A DNA stretch of 32,000 nt, taken from Trichodesmium erythraeum IMS101 (GTDB taxonomy: Bacteria > Cyanobacteriota > Cyanobacteriia > Cyanobacteriales > Microcoleaceae). The stretch is taken from assembly GCF_000014265.1 (NCBI RefSeq), contig NC_008312.1, positions 3,630,001 through 3,662,000 of the forward strand, in the 5' to 3' direction. Shown one piece after another: positions 10,631 to 17,883 of the stretch; position 1 is the first letter of the stretch; every line of letters begins with the position of its first letter. The notes beneath the pieces were generated by a model, which ran no database searches, was not told the DNA's origin, and saw only the letters and a program-made list of their open reading frames with translations. The position numbers and the translations under genes are program-made.

Positions 10631-12940
10631 TTAAAACACCATCGGCATTGAATTCATCTCCTCTTCTTGCAACGCTGCAGACAACAAACCCATTTTCACC
10701 GGAACATCATATAACCTCCCCTTGCCAAAGCGCGACCAAAAATGACGCAACCCAGGCACAATAACCTTAACTACTTTTAACTCAATATCCGGACGAGTCT
10801 GATCTAATACCAAAGTTTCCATTCCTGCCTCTTGAGCAATTTTCACACAAGTCAAAACATCATCATAAATATCATCGCTCCAAAGCTTAGGATAATCTCC
10901 ATAAACCTTAGCAGGTATTTCTGGATGGGGAGCTAAATAAGGATGACTTTCTAAAGTTGCTGTGGTCATCCATCTCTGGAGCCCTTCCTCCATCTGACTA
11001 ATATCTTGCTGATCCATTCCCAACCCAATTTGATTTACTTCCGTTACTGCTCGCAGAATGGCAATTTTCGGGTCAAAATGCGCTCCAAAACCAGTAATAA
11101 CTCGCTCATATTCTTCATTAACTCGACGAGATACGGCAGTAAAAGCAGGTATCCCTAAATCTGTAGTTAAATCTAATACCCATAACTCCCGCTGATTTTG
11201 TTCATAAAATTCTTGCACTTCCAATAAATAGGGGTCGTCAAAACTTGCTAAATCTACTCCCGGACGCTGCAAAGAATTATACCACCAAATTGCCACACTG
11301 TCGCGCTCAACTAATTCCATAAATCCTTGCAAAATTGCTTCTTCTATGGTATTGCCCGCAGCATTGCCATTGGAATCAGCTACACAAAAATTATGCTTTT
11401 TGGGCAATTTATAAGCATAATAACACCAAGCAGTAGGCAAATATTTGTGGGTCTCCTCCGTCAGTGACCACACTGGAGTCCATTCAATTTCTTGACTGGC
11501 ATCAAAAGGTTGGGGGATCCAATCATGAGCCACTTTAGAATTAGCATTCAATTCCTCCCGGTTAGCATACTGAGTCGGACTAAAATGTAGACATCTTTCT
11601 GGATGAATACCTTGCTTTCCCAATTTGGCTAAAGTTGACTTTTTCCGAGGTTCGTCTCCCTGGAATATTCCCGAATAACGTTCGATCGCTTCACAAAAAC
11701 CACTGGCTTTAGATTGGCGATCGCTCTTACCTTTACCTCCACTTTTATGACGCAGGGAACGACGCAAAGCACCGAGACTTTTCGCAGCACCAAAACTATG
11801 GATAGCACTGTAAGTATGAATTAAAGGATTTTCGGGGTCAGAAACTCGCACCAAAGCACTGACAACTCCTGTAATGGGACTAATCAATTTTTTGTAGCGT
11901 TTGGTTGTTTGGTCGGGAGTGAATGCCCGGTGACCGCCATCTGTGGTAAAATGCTTTTTGCGACTGCTGAGACTGAGAGGATAAGATGACATTTCTTGGA
12001 GTAACTTGGAATCTCCACAAGCTTCACATTGGGGGCGTTTACTCAAAATGTGAGTTGTTGTGGAGAAGTCGGTTTGGTTGAAAGTAACCACTTTTCCAGC
12101 GAGAGTAGTAAACTTTGGCATTTCTACCCCACTTTCTTTGACTATCCATTTCGCAACTTCCGTAGTTATAAGATTAATTCCCGTTGCCAAAGTTGAAGGA
12201 AGGAAAACAGGGGGAGGAGGCAAGCACCCAGTAACATCTCTTTTGCTAGCACTGGAGACAACAGATTTTTCTTTTTGTCGCAAAACTGTGGCTTCCACTT
12301 CCCGATGTCCCCGTAAACGTTGACTTAAGCATTCCCAACATCCTGTATTTTCTGGTTCAAATATGGGACCCAACCACAGGACTCCCCCTACTGGTTTTGC
12401 TAACAACCAAGGTTGGCTAGCTGAGAGGGCGGTTTTATTAATCTCTTTTAATTGTGGTTGGAGGTAGTCGTCGGTGAGAACAACTAATAGTGCCTTGCGG
12501 TCTGATGTGAGTGGGTAGTTTTCCCAAGGTTTAGTTTTGATACCCACTGCTGTTAAACTTTCGATTAATAAATCTGTGGTTGTTTCTCCCACTGAGGCGA
12601 TATAAACCGTATTTTTTTGGAGACAGTCCGAGGCGAATTGGGGTTCGACATTCAGTAATGACCAAAATGCAGCGGCAGGTGGGGGTAGTTCGGGAGTTGC
12701 TTCTGTTAAATAACCTTTAGTTTTGAGGCGGTTAAGAACATATTCTACGTCTTCTGGGTATGCTATTTCTGCTAAAGTTTCACAGATTTCCTCAAAGCTA
12801 TGTTGACCATCTAATAGGGGGATGAGTTGACAGTAGAATTCTCCGGTGAGGGCGTCGGTGGAATTTTCTCCTAGGAGGTAAACGTGCTTGGGTTCGATAA
12901 TTTCGATGTGAAAGTGGGGTTTGATTTGTGGATTTGACAT
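10631..12940 (-). CDS. Cyanobactin heterocyclase (PatD/TruD family; fused E1-like/RRE docking domain + YcaO cyclodehydratase)
   Basis: 769 aa, colinear by eye with PatD as I recall it. Matching blocks include IKPHFHIEIIEPKHVYLLGE, VLTDDYLQPQLKEINK, QPWLLAKPVGGVLWLGPIF, GCWECLSQRLRGHREVEA, RPQCEACGD, HFTTDGGHRAFTPDQT, SGKGKSDRQSKASGFCEAIERYSGIFQGDEPR, SNGNAAGNTIEEAILQGFMELVERDS, DQTRPDIELKVVKVIVPGLR and RLYDVPVKMG. Confidence 0.93.
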   Translation of the reverse strand: MSNPQIKPHFHIEIIEPKHVYLLGENSTDALTGEFYCQLIPLLDGQHSFEEICETLAEIAYPEDVEYVLNRLKTKGYLTEATPELPPPAAAFWSLLNVEPQFASDCLQKNTVYIASVGETTTDLLIESLTAVGIKTKPWENYPLTSDRKALLVVLTDDYLQPQLKEINKTALSASQPWLLAKPVGGVLWLGPIFEPENTGCWECLSQRLRGHREVEATVLRQKEKSVVSSASKRDVTGCLPPPPVFLPSTLATGINLITTEVAKWIVKESGVEMPKFTTLAGKVVTFNQTDFSTTTHILSKRPQCEACGDSKLLQEMSSYPLSLSSRKKHFTTDGGHRAFTPDQTTKRYKKLISPITGVVSALVRVSDPENPLIHTYSAIHSFGAAKSLGALRRSLRHKSGGKGKSDRQSKASGFCEAIERYSGIFQGDEPRKKSTLAKLGKQGIHPERCLHFSPTQYANREELNANSKVAHDWIPQPFDASQEIEWTPVWSLTEETHKYLPTAWCYYAYKLPKKHNFCVADSNGNAAGNTIEEAILQGFMELVERDSVAIWWYNSLQRPGVDLASFDDPYLLEVQEFYEQNQRELWVLDLTTDLGIPAFTAVSRRVNEEYERVITGFGAHFDPKIAILRAVTEVNQIGLGMDQQDISQMEEGLQRWMTTATLESHPYLAPHPEIPAKVYGDYPKLWSDDIYDDVLTCVKIAQEAGMETLVLDQTRPDIELKVVKVIVPGLRHFWSRFGKGRLYDVPVKMGLLSAALQEEEMNSMPMVF

Positions 12941-12965
12941 TATAATTATTTCAGTTAATTATGTG

Positions 12966-12990
12966 GGTTGGGTTGAGGAAGGAAACCCAA
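12966..12990. repeat. Dispersed hairpin repeat GGTTGGGTTGAGGAAGGAAACCCAAC
   Basis: gttgggtt and aacccaac form an 8-bp stem. The same element, with 2 differences, occurs at 19902-19929. This copy lies in the 5' leader of the heterocyclase gene. Confidence 0.65.
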
Positions 12991-13109
12991 CAAATACAAA
13001 TTGTTAAGTTACCTCAAATCACCAGAAGGCCAGCACTATAATATTTTATGTAGTGTCTAGACCAATTGTCAGTATATAATCATAACATTGAGTCATAAAT
13101 TATATACAC

Positions 13110-13172
13110 AGGACTTAAGCAAATTGATCTATGGACGCCATTTGTTATAGGACGTGCTCGTGGGTAAGTCCT
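13110..13172. repeat. MITE-like element with GGACTTA...TAAGTCC terminal inverted repeats
   Basis: aggacttaagc (13110-13120) pairs with gggtaagtcct (13162-13172). It belongs to the same family as 27260-27373 and 29310-29398. Confidence 0.5.
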
Positions 13173-13249
13173 GATACAAAAACTAATCCGCAAAAATGGA
13201 GAACAGTTTTTGAGAAATGCTACAAGTCCTGAATATAATAATCTCATAG

Positions 13250-13588
13250 TCAGGATGAACGGTTGATTCTAATTAACTTATTTTTTAAGCTTTCAGTAGT
13301 TGAAATTGTCCCATGAATTCGGTTGGCAACTCCAACAAAGTTAGAATCTTCTGTACAAACAATTATTCCTTCATGGTTGGAATTAGCAATATGTAGTTGA
13401 ATGAAATCACGACGATTTCGTGTCAAAACAGCTCGTCCGTTATTAACAGCAAATGCTAATACTTCTTCATCGGGGATTTGTAAATTTGCTTTACCTGCCG
13501 CTTGAGCAGTTAAAACATTATAACCCATATTTGTTAAATTTTTGACGACAGGCAATGGAAAGTTTTCATCTGCATAAAGTAGTACCAT
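13250..13588 (-). CDS. DUF5615-family PIN-like putative toxin
   Basis: 112 aa. MVLLYADENFPLPVVKNLTNMGYNVLT...AVLTRNRRDF matches the (F/L)-x-ADEN...G-x-x-V... pattern of DUF5615/Mut7-C-like PIN proteins. Its start lies 1 nt from the stop of the upstream DUF433 gene, suggesting translational coupling. Confidence 0.75.
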   Translation of the reverse strand: MVLLYADENFPLPVVKNLTNMGYNVLTAQAAGKANLQIPDEEVLAFAVNNGRAVLTRNRRDFIQLHIANSNHEGIIVCTEDSNFVGVANRIHGTISTTESLKNKLIRINRSS

Positions 13589-13589
13589 C

Positions 13590-13964
13590 TTATTCTACTT
13601 CTGTTTCCATGATGACTTCATTCTCTCGAATAGCACTTTCAATCTCTTCTAGATGTCTTTCTGCATAAACCCAAGCATTGACTAGATCAACAGCACTGAG
13701 GGTAGGAAATGCTGCCAAAATCTCAGGGTCGCTCATTCCTAAGCGGCGATCGCTCACCAATGACCAAACTGGAATCCGAGTTTTCCCAACACAAGCATCA
13801 CCACCACACACATTGGGCGTTTTGTTAATTCCTTGGGAAGCAAGAGTTTGAGTTGCTAGTAGTCTCAAAGCTACATTTATAGCTTCATCGAGGGAACAAT
13901 ATTGACCACTTTGTACTTGATTACGAATAAATTTTTCTAGTTCTGGGTCGAGAGTTATTTCCAT
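13590..13964 (-). CDS. Putative antitoxin: N-terminal ParD-like ribbon-helix-helix segment fused to a DUF433 domain
   Basis: ITLDPELEKFIRNQVQSGQYCSLDEAINVALRLL resembles the ParD/RHH antitoxin N-terminus. GGDACVGKTRIPVWSLV...AFPTLSAVDLVNAWVY is the DUF433 core. The track start at 14006 is TTG and overlaps an IS fragment, so I prefer the ATG at 13964 (MEITLD...). Confidence 0.7.
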   Translation of the reverse strand: MEITLDPELEKFIRNQVQSGQYCSLDEAINVALRLLATQTLASQGINKTPNVCGGDACVGKTRIPVWSLVSDRRLGMSDPEILAAFPTLSAVDLVNAWVYAERHLEEIESAIRENEVIMETEVE

Positions 13965-13965
13965 A

Positions 13966-14130
13966 ATCTTATTATATTTCAAACTGAAAATTCCCAGGGG
14001 TATCAAATAAATGGCCAGAAAACCTGGAAACTTTCAAGTTGGGCACTCCTACCATATTACCACCTGTTGCAATAATTGTGAATTCAAACTGATAGATGGG
14101 CAAATACAGGGAAGTTTTTCTCTAGATCAT
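13966..14130 (+). mobile_element. 5' fragment (upstream sequence plus first ~40 codons) of an IS200-like Y1 transposase, second copy
   Basis: cttattatatttc...ataaATGgccagaaaacctggaaactttcaagttgggcactcctaccatattaccacctgttgcaataattgtgaattcaaactgat is clearly homologous at nucleotide level to 16103-16270. It encodes MARKPGNFQVGHSYHITTCCNNCEFKLI and then loses the frame. Confidence 0.75.
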
Positions 14131-14173
14131 CATCAGACTTGAAACAGAGCGATCGCTCCCTTCTACTTCTCTA

Positions 14174-14323
14174 CAGATAGTGCAGAAAATTTGGGTGCAA
14201 CATGACGGTACTGAAGATGCGATCGCTGACCAATTAGTCGAAAAAGGAGTACCTGCAGAAGATATTGTTTTGGCCTATCATCCACCATTACTCAGAAAAT
14301 ATACAGAATTTGCCGAAAGTTAA
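14174..14323 (+). pseudogene. XisI (fdxN-element excision factor family) C-terminal fragment
   Basis: My translation ends at the TAA at 14321-14323: ...QIVQKIWVQHDGTEDAIADQLVEKGVPAEDIVLAYHPPLLRKYTEFAES*. This matches the conserved XisI C-terminus (KIWIQ-x-DGTE-x-GIA..L...G-x-P...IVLAFHPP). There is no start codon or N-terminal half. Confidence 0.7.
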
Positions 14324-14540
14324 TTAAAAGTACTTCTGTTGGTTAGTTTATACAACATGTACTATACTGTACTTAGTTTGACTTTGTCTAGTCCAAGTCG
14401 ATGTCAAACATTTCTTTATTGCCAATACTTGTCTGTTGGCCAAAGACTCGTTGGCCATAAAAGCTATTGATTGACTTTTCCCCGTGGGGTAGTAATGAAA
14501 AAAGTAATTAATATAGACAACTTTTGCAACTTTATAAGTT

Positions 14541-14578
14541 AAAAATTAAAAAAAATTAAAAGTTAAAAGTTAAAACTC
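14541..14578. repeat. STRR-like heptamer array (AAAAGTT / AAAAATT)
   Basis: aaaaatt ... aaaaatt aaaagtt aaaagtt aaaactc ends 2 nt before the oxidase ATG at 14581. Confidence 0.6.
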
Positions 14579-14580
14579 AA

Positions 14581-16008
14581 ATGACATCCTCTCTATTCAC
14601 TCTATCCCTAACTTCATTAGTCACCCTGATCCATGAAGATGACAATATCATATTACAAGCTCCCATCCGCAGTCCACTCAAAAAAACTACTCCAACTCGC
14701 CAAGTCAAATTTGAACATCCCTCCTCAGGTTTAATATCGGCATTAAATCATCTCAAGTCTTCCCAGAAAACCTACCCTCAACTTAAAGCATTAGTGGTAG
14801 CTGCTGATGGCGAGGAAGCGGGAGAAAGATTTGATGTAGAATTGGAAAAACTCATAAATACAGGTTGGGTTTCCCATTCCCTTTACCCCCTGGCAACAGT
14901 TATCCCAATAGTGGAAAAAAACTATCGCTTTAAGTCTCCAGAAATTGCACAACTACAAGGAAAATTTACCTTGTCCCGTTTTGCCTATTTACACCAAAGC
15001 CAAGGGAAAACCATCATAGAATGTCCCCTGTCTACTAGTCAAATAATTGCATTAGACTGGCGATGTGGTGCCTTGCTTGCCAAATTATCTCAACCACAAA
15101 CCCCTAGCAGTTTGAGCGCAGATATTCCCGATATTACTGAAGAAATTGCCCAAAAATTCCTGGCTTTGTTGATGGCAACTCAAATGTTATCCCCAGAAAC
15201 CGAACCCACCCCGCTGATGTATTGGGAATTTCACGACTTGCTATTTCACAGTCGCTCTCGGATAGGAAGACACAACAACCCAACTGGAGGCACAATGAGA
15301 TTTTTTGGCAAAACTGAACCTTTGCCTATTGTCAAACCACCAATGAGTGACAAAGTTATTAAACTGGTGCAACCTAACTTAGAATATTTGACTCAAATTG
15401 ACATTCCCTTGACAAAAGCATTGGAGTTACGCCAGTCTATTCGGGAGTACGATGAACAACCAATACGGTTGCAACAATTGGGAAAATTGTTATATTGTTG
15501 CGCTAGGATTAAAAAAATAGAGACTATGGAAACAGAGGAATTCGGTACACTGCATTTAAACTATCGTCCTTATCCTTGTGGCGGTGCAATTTATGAGTTG
15601 GAAATTTATCCAGTGGTGAACCGTTGTCAAGGTTTGGCAGCAGGGGTCTATCACTATCAACCTTTGGAGCATTGTCTGTATCAAATTTCGGCTCATGAAA
15701 CACAAGTGGAGGCATTGATAGAGGATGCTTACAAGTCTAGTGGTGAACAAGATCAACCTCAAGTTTTGTTGGTAATAACAGCTAGGTTTGGGCGAATATT
15801 TTGGAAGTATGAATCAATTGCTTATGCTTTGATATTGAAGCACGTTGGTGTATTGTATCAAACTTTTTATTTAATGGCAACGGGGATGCACTTAGCTCCC
15901 TGTGCTTTGGGGATAGGAGATGCTGATAATTTTGCTCAGATAACAGGGTTAGATTATTATGAAGAGTCTTCTGTTGGGGAGTTTCTTTTGGGTTCGGTGA
16001 GGAACTAG
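14581..16008 (+). CDS. Stand-alone cyanobactin azoline oxidase (SagB-type FMN dehydrogenase, ThcOx-like)
   Basis: 475 aa. The C-terminal ~220 aa is a nitroreductase/SagB-type domain (RQSIREYDEQPI...RPYPCGGAIYELEIYPVV...GVYHYQPLEH...LLVITARFGRIFWKYESIAYALILKHVGVLYQTFYLMATGMHLAPCALG). The N-terminal ~230 aa is an extra region, as in stand-alone cyanobactin oxidases. Confidence 0.85.
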   Translation: MTSSLFTLSLTSLVTLIHEDDNIILQAPIRSPLKKTTPTRQVKFEHPSSGLISALNHLKSSQKTYPQLKALVVAADGEEAGERFDVELEKLINTGWVSHSLYPLATVIPIVEKNYRFKSPEIAQLQGKFTLSRFAYLHQSQGKTIIECPLSTSQIIALDWRCGALLAKLSQPQTPSSLSADIPDITEEIAQKFLALLMATQMLSPETEPTPLMYWEFHDLLFHSRSRIGRHNNPTGGTMRFFGKTEPLPIVKPPMSDKVIKLVQPNLEYLTQIDIPLTKALELRQSIREYDEQPIRLQQLGKLLYCCARIKKIETMETEEFGTLHLNYRPYPCGGAIYELEIYPVVNRCQGLAAGVYHYQPLEHCLYQISAHETQVEALIEDAYKSSGEQDQPQVLLVITARFGRIFWKYESIAYALILKHVGVLYQTFYLMATGMHLAPCALGIGDADNFAQITGLDYYEESSVGEFLLGSVRN

Positions 16009-16144
16009 TTATTACGGCGCTACCCCGTTTTTTCGGTAAAAATTTAGTTTCCGGAGATATCTAATAAGAATGTAGAGCACCGAATATATGGAGAGTTATT
16101 TTCTAATTATATTTCCCACTCCAAATACCCAAATGTATAAATAA

Positions 16145-16931
16145 ATGGCTAGAAAACCTCGAAACTTTCAAACTGGATATTCCTACCACATTACCACCCG
16201 TTGCAATAATCGTGAATTTAAACTGATCCGACGCGAATGCAGGGAAGTTTTTCTCTATGCCATCAAGAAAGCTATTAAGAAGTACAACTTCAAACTGTAC
16301 GCTCTCTGTATTATGTCTAATCACGTCCATTATCTTATAGAACCCGCCCAACCTGAAGATTTAGCTAAAATTATGCATTTTCTCAACTGGTATACGGCTA
16401 TGTGCTTTAACCGAATGTTGAAGCGCACTGGACATTTTTTATTGGGAAAAACGTTATTTTGCTGATGGTTTTCCTCCAGGCGATGGGGAGCGAGCTATAA
16501 ATACTCTTCGATATATCCATGGAAATCCCAAAGCTGCCAAAATACGCGGGGGGTTTTTCTACGACTTTAGTAATTATGGTAGTTACGAACGTTTGACTGA
16601 TGATGGTCTCACGGAGTGGCATCCAGCTTTTTTGAAATTAGCCAATACTTTGGAAGGGTGTGCCCAGAAGTATAAGGGGTTTTGCAACAAATACAAGCCA
16701 AAACAAAAAACTCCCAAAAAGTCCCACTGGGGAAGTAGGCTTTTAGGGGGTATAACTCTCAATTTTGAAAAGCGATCGTCTCAAAAGACAAAAAAATCAT
16801 CGACTTCCTTTGACTTTCCCCCGTGCCAGGTACCCCCGTGCCAGGTAACCGAAAAGCTAGAAGTAGCAAAGGTAGTAAGTCAATTTGTTGAAGCAAACAG
16901 ACCGCCGAAGCAAGAGGGAAAGGATTTTTGA
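16145..16931 (+). pseudogene. IS200-like / REP-associated tyrosine (Y1, HUH) transposase, frameshifted
   Basis: Frame 1 reads MARKPRNFQTGYSYHITTRCNNREF...CIMSNHVHYLIEP (HUH motif H-V-H)...RTGHF. The protein continues in the +1 frame from 16443 as WEKRYFADG...INTLRYIHGNPKAA (catalytic Tyr motif). About 4 extra nt at 16437-16442 break GHF|WEKRY. Confidence 0.8.
16641..16859 (+). repeat. Direct repeat, left copy (3' part of the IS200-like transposase gene)
   Basis: It aligns base for base with 17503-17706. By eye I count 4 mismatches plus a 15-nt internal tandem duplication (cccccgtgccaggta x2) found only in this copy. Confidence 0.9.
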
Positions 16932-16964
16932 CATTTTCTTGAGTTATGTGATACGCTAAAGTTC

Positions 16965-17168
16965 TTACTCGTCGTCTCCGTCGTAAGAACAGCTACAGAG
17001 TCTAGGGTGTAACCCATCACCAGAGGGCCCTGGGCCATTTGCCAATGGGCCATGGCCTTGGTTTCCTTCTGTGAGGTTCTCTTCTCTGAGTTCCTCCAGG
17101 GCAGGTCTAGCAACTAGGGAGCGAAAAACAGGTTGACTTGAGTTGGGCTGGATATTCTTTTTTCCCAT
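16965..17168 (-). CDS. Cyanobactin precursor peptide (PatE-like), single core
   Basis: I verified the translation codon by codon: MGKKNIQPNSSQPVFRSLVARPALEELREENLTEGNQGHGPLANGPGPSGDGLHPRLCSCSYDGDDE. The leader blocks M-x-KKN-x-x-P-x-x-x-x-PV-x-R and L-x-EL-x-EE-x-L resemble PatE/TruE/TenE. The C-terminal SYDG is the macrocyclase signature. A GAGG lies 8 nt upstream of the ATG. Confidence 0.85.
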   Translation of the reverse strand: MGKKNIQPNSSQPVFRSLVARPALEELREENLTEGNQGHGPLANGPGPSGDGLHPRLCSCSYDGDDE

Positions 17169-17200
17169 GGATATTACCTCTGTTTGTTTGGATATAGATA

Positions 17201-17229
17201 ATAGTAATAAAGTTTCTTTTTTCTGTCAA
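17201..17229 (-). promoter_or_regulatory. Sigma70-type promoter candidate for the precursor gene
   Basis: On the minus strand: TTGACA (complement of 17224-17229), exactly 17 nt, then TACTAT (complement of 17201-17206). It sits ~33 nt upstream of the ATG at 17168. Confidence 0.45.
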
Positions 17230-17502
17230 TTATATTTCCCCCAGTTTGATTAATTTTTGAAACTTTTCTCTACCTGTCAGACTATTGAACGCAGGCGGGG
17301 GCGAGCGTGATTACACCAAAATCTGTTGAAACCCTCGCGCGGAGCGACCATAGATAAATTAGATTTTGAGCCCAGGCATTACTTAATGGCATTACTATTA
17401 GCAAGAGATCAGTTAACTTCTCCTCAAATAGACTACAACTTTGTAGGGAGGTTGCTTTGTAGGAACGTTCCCAGATAACTGATACAATTAACAACTATAT
17501 TC

Positions 17503-17706
17503 GCCAATACTTTGGAAGGGTGTGCCCAGAAGTATAAGGGGTTTTGCAACAAATACAAGCCAAAACAAAAAACTCCCAAAAACTCCCACTGGGGAAGTAG
17601 GCTTTTAGGGGGTATAACTCTCAATTTTGAAAAGCGATCGTCTCAAAAGACAAAAAAATTATCGACTTCTTTTTACTTTCCCCCGTGCCAGGTAACCGAA
17701 AAGCTA
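17503..17706 (+). repeat. Direct repeat, right copy (orphan 3' fragment of a second IS200-like transposase copy)
   Basis: See 16641-16859. It encodes ...NTLEGCAQKYKGFCNKYKPKQKTPKNSHWGSRLLGGITLNFEKRSSQKTKK... with no upstream catalytic part. Confidence 0.9.
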
Positions 17707-17835
17707 CTATTAGCAAGACCTTAGAGTGACCATTATGTACAAAAATAAAAATAATTTTAAATTATTGGTAAAAATTTCAGCACTTACTATGGTAAGTTAT
17801 ATACGATTTATAAAAAAACAGGAGTTAAACATTGG

Positions 17836-17880
17836 TAACTAATGACTAATAACTGATAACTAATAATTAATAACTGATAA
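17836..17880. repeat. STRR heptamer array (TAACTAA/TAACTGA, 6 units)
   Basis: taactaa tgactaa taactga taactaa taattaa taactga taa ends 3 nt before the PatA-like ATG at 17884. Confidence 0.85.
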
Positions 17881-17883
17881 AAG

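Noticed and set aside
12060-12323. 87-aa ORF antisense to the heterocyclase gene
   Set aside because: It is a shadow ORF.
15524-15762. Two minus-strand ORFs inside the oxidase gene
   Set aside because: They are shadow ORFs.
16103-16622. Minus-strand ORFs of 82 and 71 aa
   Set aside because: They are antisense to the IS200-like transposase pseudogene, whose HUH and Tyr motifs identify the plus strand as coding.
16880-17113. 77-aa minus-strand ORF overlapping the precursor gene in another frame
   Set aside because: The 67-aa frame carries all the cyanobactin leader, core and recognition motifs plus a Shine-Dalgarno. This alternative frame has none of these.
17212-17245. ttttct..aattatatttccc matches the sequence upstream of the transposase ATG (16099-16118), suggesting a third IS left-end fragment overlapping the precursor promoter
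   Set aside because: Only 13 contiguous and 6 further matching bases in AT-rich DNA. That is too short to separate from chance without a genome-wide alignment of IS ends.
17282-17624. Minus-strand ORFs of 70 and 63 aa
   Set aside because: They have no motifs and no ribosome-binding site. One is antisense to the transposase-derived repeat.
17512-17724. 70-aa plus-strand ORF
   Set aside because: It is simply the duplicated C-terminal fragment of the IS200-like transposase, with no catalytic part. It is not an independent gene.
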